A stretch of 64,000 nucleotides of DNA from Octopus vulgaris (lineage: Eukaryota). A model generated the notes under the pieces. It searched no databases. It was not told the origin of the DNA and saw only the letters and a list, made by a program, of their open reading frames with translations. The position numbers and the translations under genes are program-made. The stretch covers positions 26,350,001-26,414,000 of the forward strand of contig OX597821.1 in NCBI GenBank assembly GCA_951406725.2, given 5' to 3'. Position 1 is the first letter of the stretch. Each line of letters starts with the position of its first letter. Shown here piece after piece: positions 53,250-64,000 of the stretch.

Positions 53250-55100
53250 TGTGTTCGGGAATCAGAAAATATTTTACTAGAAAAGACACTCTACGGTGCG
53301 AAAGTTGATGCTTTTAGACAATCACTGTTGAATAGATTCAAGATCCTCAACCCGCAGACATTGGCAAAGAACAGAGTGATGAACCCACTCGACCCCAGCT
53401 TAGAAAATTTCCACAAATATTGTGTCAAATTATCGAGGTTTCGATCGTTGATAATTTAAAGTTTATAAATCACACTCATGATTTAACCAAACGCACATGA
53501 GCAGGCATTCACTTAATCAAGTTTTCTCGATTTAAATCATACTGATGGGCAAAATAGTGTTTTGGGCTATTCACTAGAAGCGTCAATCTCATATTACAGG
53601 AGGACGTGTCGAAACCATTGGTAAGTTCGTGAAAATAGACACTACCTATCTATTTTGGCCCTTGTTTTACGATTAACAACGCTACAATAAATTTTCCGTA
53701 AAGGATGTGAGCTTGGCAATGTGCAAGAAATAAGGGGCCTGATACCCACGTACGTCTCAATCTTCAGGGAACTGGGATCGAAATACAAACTATTCATTTC
53801 ATGGCAGCTCAAAAAGTGTATAAATCAGGTTCATTTGCATTAATTGAGAGAAAAAGAAAAGTTCCGGAAATGGAGCTGGTCTCATTTGTTCCGTGTCAAG
53901 TTTTTGTCAATGTAATTTCTGAGGAATTTACTGACTACCAAGTAGCTTCTGAATTCGATGCCGATATACTACTGCAGTACACATCGGTGCTGAACTTTGT
54001 TGGTGTTAGCATCCATTTATGTTTCGCTCAATGCTGTGATGGAGTCTCGGTAATGGGTGGTATGTCTTTGTCTCATTTACAGTCCACATGTCACCGATTG
54101 TCACTGATTGCATAAAGAAATGTAAAAAGCAGTAAGATACCAAACCATCGCAGAGTCAAACTAAAGGAATGTCACTTCTGTCATTTTCGTCTGTAATCTT
54201 TTGTGTTCTTTTCATCTTTGAACAAGTTCTGCTACGAATCAAGCGTCTTTTATAGATGTTGACTGGTTATGAATGCAACAAGCAAATTCATATCCAGTTG
54301 CGTTGATTGTTTTGGTGGCTTACGATCAAGCAACAAGCTACTGAGCTTATTACAATCAGATCGTTTTGGAGAAGCCAAAAGAGAAAGGGGCGCAATTGGC
54401 GACCATATTAGAAGTAGGCAGACAAGCAACGAAGATATCTTCACCGATTTCCGCCTTTCTCGCCAGACCTTACTCAGGATGTTACAAAACGTTGACACTG
54501 GCGCTTGTCGGATAATGAGGAAAAGCGGCTTCCACAACTCGTTTTAATAACAGAGATATTATCTAAAGGCCTTTATAAAAAAAAGCTCGTATTTTGCAAA
54601 GACTAACAAAAGCAAACCAAGTTTTGAACAAAGCATGGAAATTATTAAAAAAATCTATAATAGTAGTGCTGAATTGTTATTGCGAAGAATTAGAAGTAAG
54701 TTGAAGACAATGTGGTCAACGCCTGGTGTGTGTATTACAAAATAGAAAATATATTATTTGATGCAGTTAGTCTGGTGTTTATAACACCTTCGCCGTGGAT
54801 AGTAAGCATTTCGTTATCTTCGCACATAGAAAAATGAGATTGCTTTAATATGTTTCAAAACTGGTTGACCGTTCTTAAGGAAAGAAGCACTTCCCATTCT
54901 TTTGCGAACGAAAAGAGATCCATAGTAATCACTATTAAAATCAGCCACAAACTAGCTGAAATAGTGTAAAAATTTGCATCTACCTTAGAACCCCGAAAAC
55001 AACTGCAATAAGAACCTCATCGAATAATTGACCAATGATCTATTACTTGCTTTCTAATTCATTAGTTGATCTTATCTGTAGACTGTTCAACACTAGACCA
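53250..55100 (+). pseudogene. Highly decayed hAT (Tip100/ZMYM1-like) transposase
   Basis: FAQCCDGVSVMGG (cf. GQCYDGASVMSG), followed by a C.HRL remnant and a 'LS..LQ...VD' segment. Many stops; boundaries approximate. Confidence 0.5.
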
Positions 55101-55706
55101 AGCGACGTCTCCAGAGTTTAAGTGCAAAATTTTCCGCCCATTCAAAGTTATTTTCCATAGGTGTACGTATAAGAGATATCATTTATAAAATCTTTCAAAC
55201 TCTTCTGACATTTTTTTCAGTGCTTTTGCCATTTTCTTCAAGTTTTCCCAGCAAGGAGTCTGCATCTTGGGGTAGAATTTCAGAGTATTTTCCTTCGTTC
55301 TATATTTGTCATTAAATTTTGAAATATTTGCAATTGATTTGTTGAGAAGGTTGAGCTGTCCATGTGCAAACCATTAATATATTTTTTTGAAATCCTTTCC
55401 AAAGAATTGTCTTAACACTTCTAGAATTTCAAACCAGACAAAAAAGAAAGAATTCATTCATCTGTTGGTAGCATTGATAAAATAATAAAATAATAAACAA
55501 ATAAATTACTGGTATTATCATGTTGTAAAAGCTTGTTGCATTTCACTCACGCAAAATCGAAAAATTCCTTTAACCGCGTTACACGAAATGTGTTTATGTG
55601 GAAATATTTCACAATCTTGGCGATAATTGCTTCCATATGAACTGACAACACACCAGAAGCTGCATGGGTAGAACTGTGCTCAAAGTGTGCACCACATCAG
55701 TCAGAT

Positions 55707-55779
55707 GTGAATATACTACATTGATGAAAGTAGTGAATATACTACATTGATGAAAGTAGTGAATATACTACATTGATGC
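55707..55779 (+). repeat. 26-bp tandem repeat (~2.8 copies)
   Basis: gtgaatatactacattgatgaaagta repeated perfectly. Confidence 0.95.
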
Positions 55780-56155
55780 AAACTAATACAGTCATTGTAT
55801 CATCGGATAAAATACCTTGTGGTGTTTATTTCGACTGTCAGCGACCCGAGTTCATATCCCGCCAAGGTCATCTTTGCATTTTCTTCCCCACCGTTTCGGG
55901 GTCCATTAAATGCAGCAGTGCACGGTGGTGGGTTTACAGGATTGTCAGGACAGGGGCGGGATGGCTGCAATATCTCTTTTGGTGTTTTTGCTTTGTGACG
56001 TAACACCTCAAACGACATTAGTGCCCAGCTGTATCGATCTTTCTTTCTCTTGGACAATATCGGTGTTGTGGATAAAAAGAGAGAAAGAGAGAGAGAGAGA
56101 GGACAGAACAGGAAAGAGAGCGTAAGAGAGAGATAAAGAATGGGAGAGAGAAATG

Positions 56156-56186
<31 letters not shown>

Positions 56187-56466
56187 GAAAGAAAGGAAGA
56201 GAGATCGGAAGAGAGACGGAGAGAGAAAGAGTGAGAAAGAGAAAGAGTGAGAGAGAGAAAGGGAGAGAGAGAGAGAGGAAGGGAGAGAGAGAGAGAGGGG
56301 GAGAAAGAGAGAGAGAGAAAGCGAGAGCAAGCTCGAATGCATGGGTAAATGTTACTCTTCAATAAAACCTTGTCCAGATCTGTGATTCGGAAAGGAGCTC
56401 TCCAGATGTAAACCCACTGGACACACTAAGGTACCGGATGCGTATATATTGAAAGAGTTAATTCAG

Positions 56467-56506
<40 letters not shown>

Positions 56507-56509
<3 letters not shown>

Positions 56510-56672
56510 GACGGGCTTCTTCCAGGTTCCGTCTAACAAATCCACTCACAAACCTTTGGTCAGCCCGAAGCGATATTAGAAGACAATTGCCCAAGGTGCC
56601 ACGCAATAGGACTGAAACTGGAATCATGTGGTTGGGAAGCAAGCTTCTTACCACACAGTCACGCCTGCGCCT
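56507..56672 (-). mobile_element. CORE-type SINE, 5' half
   Basis: Head aggcgcaggcgtgactgtgtggtaagaagctt and CORE ccttgggcaa on the minus strand. Confidence 0.8.
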
Positions 56673-56673
56673 A

Positions 56674-56704
<31 letters not shown>

Positions 56705-57019
56705 TGTATGTATGTATGTATGTATGTATGTATGTATGTATGTATGTATGTATGTATGTATGTATGTATGTATGTATGTATGTATATCTGTCTGTATGTA
56801 TGTATGTACGTACGTACGTACGTATGTATGTATGTATGTATGTATGTATGTATGTATGTATGTATGTATGTATGTATGTATGTATGTATGTATGTATGTA
56901 TGTATGCAGGTATGTATGTATGTATGGATGCATGCATGTATGTATGTATGTATGTATGTATGTATGTATGTATGTATGTATGTATGTATGTATGTATATG
57001 CATGTATATATATATATGC

Positions 57020-57058
<39 letters not shown>

Positions 57059-57546
57059 TAATCCAAACAAGAAAACAAAAAAGACAACAACGCGAGGATG
57101 TGGAACAATTAAAGTATTATTAGGCGCTCAGGAAAAAAGGGAAGAAGACACACACACACATATATATATATATATACATATATATGTATGTATATATATA
57201 TATTTATATATATATGTATATATATGTATATGTCTGTATATGTATATATATGTATACACACACACAGATATATTTGCATATCTTTTAATGTTTATGTATT
57301 TATGTATGTGCATGTATGTATATATCCATGTATATGTATGTATATATGTATGTATGTATATATGTATGGGTGAATGAATAGATTTATGGATGGATGGTTG
57401 GATTAGATGTATTCATGCATTTCGGGTGCCTCAGGTACCTTTAGTGGAGTTCAATCTGTTGCAAGCTTTAGGGTCAAAATTTTCCCTTCATCTTCGAAGG
57501 CTCTATAAAAAGAGGCACAATTACAACTGTCCTCCGTACGACTGAA

Positions 57547-57577
<31 letters not shown>

Positions 57578-58202
57578 AACACACTAGTGTGTGTGTGTGT
57601 GTGTGTGTGTGAGTGTGTGTGTGTGCGCGCATGTGTAACATATAAATCTATTATGTAAGATTTTTACTTTTCTCTTCTTTTCACCCCCACCTCCATCTAA
57701 GAAGTTAGGGTTATTTGTTGTTGTTTTTGTTGGTTTTTTTCCCCCTTTTTTTGTTTTGTTTTGACCACTTGTGTTTTCTGAAATGACGAATTCTTCTCGC
57801 TCATTCACCACCTGCCGACTGCAGGAACTGCAGAAAGTAGCACCTGGACTGTTAATAGTACAACTCACCTATCACATGGCCGTTTGAAAGTGACTGGTTG
57901 CTAAGAGACGATATTAACAAATTCCTTGCAGCTTCAGTGGAATTATTATTCAATAACGATAAAGCATTTAACGCTTTGTAAACAATTATTTTGTTGGAGA
58001 GCAGCTACTGCAACATCAGTTAGATATCCGCTGGATATCTCATGTTGATATCACTGCAACCAATCACGAACTACATAAAACTACTCCAACCAATTTCCAT
58101 CGCTGCTTCTGCACTAGACATCAATCTTGCTTTGCCATTCGTGGAACTTATGAACGTCAGCATTACATGACGAAAATATAGATATATGCATGCATACATG
58201 TG

Positions 58203-58270
<68 letters not shown>

Positions 58271-58342
58271 TGTGCATAATTTTTACGCATTCATGCCTGC
58301 TTACACACACGCGTGCTCACACACCTATACACACATACGCAC

Positions 58343-58373
<31 letters not shown>

Positions 58374-58604
58374 TGTATGTATGTATGTATGGATGGATGG
58401 ATGGATGGATGCATGTATGTATATATGTATATCTTTTTGTTTTACTTGTTTCAGTCATTTTGACTGCGGCCATGCAGGAGCACCGCCTTTAATCGAGCAA
58501 CTCGACCCCAGGACTTATTCTTTGTAAGCCCAGTACTTATTCTATCTGTCTCTTTTTGCCGAACCGACTGAAACAAGTAAAAGAATAAAAGAATATACAC
58601 ACAC

Positions 58605-58635
<31 letters not shown>

Positions 58636-59598
58636 TGTATGTATGTATGTATGTATGTATGTGTGTGTGTGTATGTATGTATGTATGTATGTATGTATGT
58701 ATGTATGTGTGTGTGTGTATGTATGTATGTATGTATGTATGTATGTATGTATGTATGTATGTATGTATGTATGTATGTATGTATGCATGTATGTATGTGT
58801 GTCTGTGTGTGTGTGTGCGTGTGTAGAGTGTTAGGTGTGGTGTACAGATATTGAATATTAAGAAAAAAAGGTCGCCAGAATTTTGGAAAAAAAGATCTTT
58901 TTATTTCTTCATTATTATTAGCGCTTTCGTTCGTTTCTCGAACTTGTCGAATAGAAGTTTGTGAATGTACAAACAGCTTGTTCATTTGTATAAAACAGAT
59001 GTTTTTTTGGGGTGGGGTGGGGGTTGTTTGTTTAGAAGAAGAGAACATTGTCTTTTTTTGTATGAGGTTCCATGACAATAAAGATAGATAGATAGATAGA
59101 AAGATAGATAGGTAGGTAGGTAGGTAGATAGGTAGATATATAGTCACACAGATAGATAGATAGATAAATAGATAGGTAGAGAGAAAGGTGAGAGAAGGGG
59201 GAACCCCTTTCTATTCAGCATTCATTTATTTATTTATTGAGTCATTTACCATTGTATTGGAATGGGTTTAAGGATGGTAACCTCTTAAAAAAATAGGTGT
59301 GCTTTTGCTTTCTTTTTCATCCTTTCTTCTCTTCTTTCTTTTTCCTTTTCTTCCTTTTTTCCGCTTTCCTTATTTTCCCCTCTTTCTTTTTCTCCTCTTG
59401 GAGTTATATTTAGAATACAAAATGTACTCTCTCCGCTTTTCTTTCAAACATTCAATGTTGGAAAGAATTTTTTGATGAAATGTAGTTATGAACATTTGTA
59501 GCCACATTTGGAATAAAAAAGGAAAATTCTCCGCTTTACCTTCAATCAATTTTGGAGAGAATCTCTTGATGGAGTGCGTGTGTATTTGTGCATGTGTA

Positions 59599-59636
<38 letters not shown>

Positions 59637-59914
59637 GGAACATGTAACTTCGATGTTTTGCATTGAAAACAAAATCACACTTCTTTCAGTTTCATGTTTT
59701 TGCATTAGAAAACATTAGTTACAAAATTAGTTACAAACTAGAATAACACGCAAAGCTCAGAACATCTCAATGCCACGCAGAAACACCTGAATATTTACTG
59801 AGATGAGCATGATGTTTCCAATGTTTGAGTTATATTTAAACTACAAAATGTTCTGTCTCCGCTTTTCTTTCAAACATTAAATTTTGGAGAGAATTTTTTG
59901 ACGGAATGTAGTAC

Positions 59915-60394
59915 CACTGTTTTTTGGTATTGCGATCGTCCCGTTTACATTTGTAAAAGGGAAAAATTTTGAATTTTCCGTCGCTGCATATTTCCAGATG
60001 CTTGCTTCATGGAATCTTGCGTAATTCCTCTTGTCGGATATGTTGCCTGTGGATTCTTGCACGTTGGCAGAGGGGATTGTTTGCTTTACCAATGTAATTT
60101 TCTTTGCAGTTTGGGCAGGTAAACCAGTATATGAGGTTTTGCGTTATGCTGTTCATATCTGCATTTATTTTGAAAAGGGATCCGCTCTTGAATTTTATAT
60201 GGGAACCACTTTCTAAGTATTTAAAGTTGTTGTTGTTGCATGTTCCATATCTCCTATCTCCACATTATTTTACTAAGAATTCTGATTTAATCTCTGATTT
60301 GAATTCTGCACTTGTAAGATGTTTTGTAAGATCTTTTAGTTGGCGTCTACTATTCCGTAAGGTGTTTTCTTCAATCAGATATTTCATTATGGGG

Positions 60395-60395
<1 letters not shown>
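59915..60395 (-). pseudogene. Penelope-like element GIY-YIG endonuclease fragment (Cys-rich linker type)
   Basis: Minus-strand frame SRRQLKDL..HL...K*CGDRR.GTC...FKINADM....NLIY.FTCPNCKENYIG...PL.QRARIHRQHI...IP*SKHLEIC...FKIFPFYKC. Confidence 0.8.
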
Positions 60396-60449
<54 letters not shown>

Positions 60450-60455
<6 letters not shown>

Positions 60456-61140
60456 AAAAATGGGACCAGAACGCAAAACATCCGGACAACTAGATGATAC
60501 AAAAAGGGACAACAAAACATCCAGATAGACGATACAAAAAAACAAGGAAAGGTCATTCGAAGATTTCTATCCTCAGTCAAGAAATAGATCATCCTCGCAA
60601 TTTCGGTTGATTAATCTTGAGAATGCTCCAATCTGGCCTGCCCCAAGGAAAAACTAAACAAAGAGCATTAGATTCCTTGGACGAAAGCATCGAATGTATA
60701 CAAAAACAAGGACGGAAAAACAGACAATGTTATACAAATATAAATACAATAAAAATAATAATAACCGGACATAATAACAGGTGTGTTTCGACTGGGGACG
60801 AATTGAATTAAGCTGGCGTGTGTGGAAATGAAGACTTACGGCAGAGATGCAAAAATTTCACAAACACAGGGAAGAATATCGATGTTGCACGGACCACGGT
60901 CAGACCCAGAAAGAGCGAGCAGTCTGGCTTATCGGTCACGTGGGAAGAGAAGAGAGAGAGTTGTAGAAGCAGATGGACAGAAGAATTAAGGAGGGGCGAG
61001 AAAAAATGACAGGGACATAGTGAAGTGAAAAGAGGAGGGAAAGTGAGTAAGAAGAGAAGGCAAAGAAATGTGAGAGAGGGGGAACGAAAGAACGAAGAGT
61101 GGAATGAACGAATAAGCGTGAAAAGGTTGATAGAAATAGA
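60450..61140 (-). mobile_element. Non-coding PLE-like 3' terminal region ending in (TA)n
   Basis: Pyrimidine-rich start, CACGTG, T-rich tail abutting (TA)n. The 60550-60620 segment resembles 32855-32925; same architecture as 1330-1850. Confidence 0.45.
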
Positions 61141-61183
61141 ATCGTACAAGGTATGTATATATATATATATGTATGTATGTATG

Positions 61184-61226
<43 letters not shown>

Positions 61227-61237
61227 GTCTATATATG

Positions 61238-61289
<52 letters not shown>

Positions 61290-61423
61290 TATATATACAT
61301 ATTCACACACACACGCACGCACGCACACACACACATACATGTATATTAGAGAAAAATAAAAAACCAAGGCAGAATGAGTATCTCAAGTCATTTAGAATAA
61401 TTTAATTAGGAGAAGGTGAATTT

Positions 61424-61506
61424 GAAGTCTTACGGCCGTTTCTGGGACAACCCAAGTGCTTGGTTAGCATATCCGTGCGCTGGGTATACCGTCATCAGAA
61501 AGAAGG
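61424..61506 (-). ncRNA. Hammerhead ribozyme with long stem II
   Basis: Minus strand: ttt-CTGATGA-cggtatacccag...ttgggttgtccca-GAAA-CGGCCG-TA-aga. Canonical core, palindromic stem III, GUA triplet. Confidence 0.65.
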
Positions 61507-61989
61507 TATGAATATTTTAGACAGAGAAAATGTGTGTGTGTGTGTGTGTGTGTGCGTGCGCGCGCATATACGTACATATATAGATGTAGTTAGATGTTAG
61601 GTTAACGATCAAAGTCATCGGTTCGATTCTTGGACTGGTGAGCTTTTCTCCTTGAGTAAGGCACTTTATTTCACGTACGTTCCGGGATGCATATATGTAT
61701 GTATGTATGTATGTATATATGTGTATATATATATATGCTTGCATGCATGTATGTCTGTATATGCATGTGCATATATGTGTACGAATACATATGATATAAG
61801 GGTGAGTGATTGTATGTATATATATGCGTGTATGTATATGCTTGTATGTATGTCTGTCTGTATATGCATGTGCATATGTATGTACGTATACATATGATAT
61901 AAGAGTGAGTGTATCTATGTGTATATATATATATACTCACATATACATATATGTATATATGTGTATATACACAGGTGGACATGCACATG

Positions 61990-62034
<45 letters not shown>

Positions 62035-62519
62035 GTGAGTCAGTTGCAGAATTTGCTGACCATTCCCCATTTAGGCAAACCCTCCTGTTTTTATCTCTCT
62101 TTGATTGAGAGATGAGAAGTGCTATCTATAGTTGGAGCACTGCATCCTTCAAAACTTCCATGCTTTCTGAGATTCGCCAACACTACACCTGATTTTCTCC
62201 CCTCCATACACACACACAAGCAAGTATCTGACTCATGCATTGTTCGCTTTCCAGACATTTGTACATTACTGCATATACTCTGAAAAGTTGTGGTGCACCT
62301 GAGCACTGTATACCATAATTTCATTATATATTATATATACAAAGGGATGCTCAGACACCCGAGGTGATGCTAAATTTTCTCAGTCGTCATAATTAAAAAA
62401 AAAGACAGGAATGACCAAATATTGGTTCCATTCCATAATAAAAGAAATTTTGTATTGCTCAGTCAACACATTTGATTCAAGCCTTGAATTTTTTTTTTTA
62501 CCTTTTGCTTGTTTCCTAA

Positions 62520-63058
62520 TCTTTTATCTTTTACTTGTTTCAGTCATTAGACTGCGGCCATGCTGGAGCACCGCCTTGAAGAACCCATTAGTTGAATGAA
62601 TTGTCCTCAGTACATTTTACTCGACCTCAGTAATTTTTGTTTAAGATTGGTTGTATTCTCTCGGTTTCTTTTGCTAAACTCTAATCTACGACCCCATTAC
62701 TTATTTTTTTTTTATAAAGCCTTGTACTTATTCTATCTGTCTCTTTTGCCGAACCGCTAATTTATGGGAACGTAAGCTAATCAATACCTATTTCTTTACT
62801 ACCCACAAGGGGCTAAACATAGAGAGGACAAACAAGGACAGACACACAGATTAAGTCGATTACATCGACCCCAGTGCATAACTGGTACTTATTTAATCGA
62901 CCCCGAAAGGATGAAAGGCAAAGTCGACCTCGGCGGAATTTGAACTCAGAACGTAACGGCAGACGAAATACGGCTACGCATTTCTCCCGTCGTGCTAACG
63001 TTTCTGGCAGCTCGCCGCCGCTAATCAATACCGGTTGTCAAGTGATGTTAGGGGACAA

Positions 63059-63148
<90 letters not shown>

Positions 63149-63430
63149 ACACAGGCGCACACACACGCGCGCACACACACATACACACACGCGCGCACAC
63201 ACACATACACACACACGCGCGCACACACACAAACACACACACACACACAAACACACACTCGTACACACAAACACACACACATACGACGGGCTTCTTTCAG
63301 TTTCCGTCTACCAAATCCACTTACAAATCTTTGGTCGGTTCGAGGCTATAGCAGAAGACACTTGCCCAAAGAGCCACTCAGTGGGACTGAACCCAGAACC
63401 ATGAGGTTAGAAAGCAAATTTCTCATCACC
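62520..63430 (-). mobile_element. CORE-type SINE with a nested full-length Deu/Nin-like SINE (62789-63019)
   Basis: The nested copy is flanked by TSD gctaatcaatacc at 62776-62788 and 63020-63032. Confidence 0.85.
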
Positions 63431-64000
63431 CAACTAGACCTGTATAGTATCATCGATGGTCTCTTGAAATTAAATTTCTCTTCTATGTTAACTACAAAAA
63501 AAGTTTCGGTTCTGCTGCTTCATAGCAGGATTTATTTGGAAATGTAGCAGACATCCTTTGTAACAAAAGTTGACATGCAAACATTGAAATTGAGGTTGGA
63601 GTAGAACAGGAAGATTTTATTCCTTGCAATAGGTTCTCGTTAGAAAATGTCCACAAATATAAAAATACAGTACCCGACCTCTAACCTGCTTTCCGGAGAC
63701 CTTGGAATATCGTGCAAAATCGTGCAATATCGTGTATAGTAAAACCGGTTTTTGTGCCTTGAATTGATTAGACACGGCCTCTTTTTTAAGTCGGTTAATT
63801 TGTATACGCGGTTGTTAAAACTAGTTTTGTTCTTTACGTTTTTTAAAAGTGGTTTTAAATGAATTAAACATATTCTCCTTTTGAATTGTATTTATTGATA
63901 CCTATATTTCTTAAATAAAATCATATTTACTTTGCTTTGTTTAATTTTCGTACTTTAGATATACTGAAAACGTAGTAGTGTATTTACGGAGATGTACTTG

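Noticed and set aside
56449-57377. MYVC/HTYI repeat ORFs here and throughout the window
   Set aside because: (TATG)n, (CA)n and (TA)n microsatellites lack stop codons; not genes.

Overview
AT-rich eukaryotic non-genic or intronic DNA, very probably from an octopus (inferred from the tRNA-derived SINE families and the extreme microsatellite density). No complete host protein-coding gene is supportable; nearly all listed ORFs are translations of microsatellites. The window is a patchwork of mobile DNA: three to four tRNA-derived SINE families (CORE-type and Deu/Nin-like); a full-length dead mariner with TIRs and TA duplication; a hAT-Charlie MITE; a TIR MITE carrying (TTAGGG)n; a decayed hAT transposase; RTE, R4/Dong and Tx1-like LINE fragments; and Penelope-like elements (PLEs), including a near full-length Naiad-type copy and a GIY-YIG fragment. 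Main observations: (1) about eight hammerhead-ribozyme cores of different designs, mostly in short (TA)n-embedded PLE-end or retrozyme-like units, one of which is little more than the ribozyme (~60 bp); (2) a SINE that repeatedly integrates after 5'-ATACC-3', builds self-arrays, and shares its 3' tail with the neighbouring Tx1-like LINE; (3) several fold-back or templated inversions. Weak splice signals suggest the window may be the 5'-UTR introns of a minus-strand gene whose first coding exon is at 208-454.
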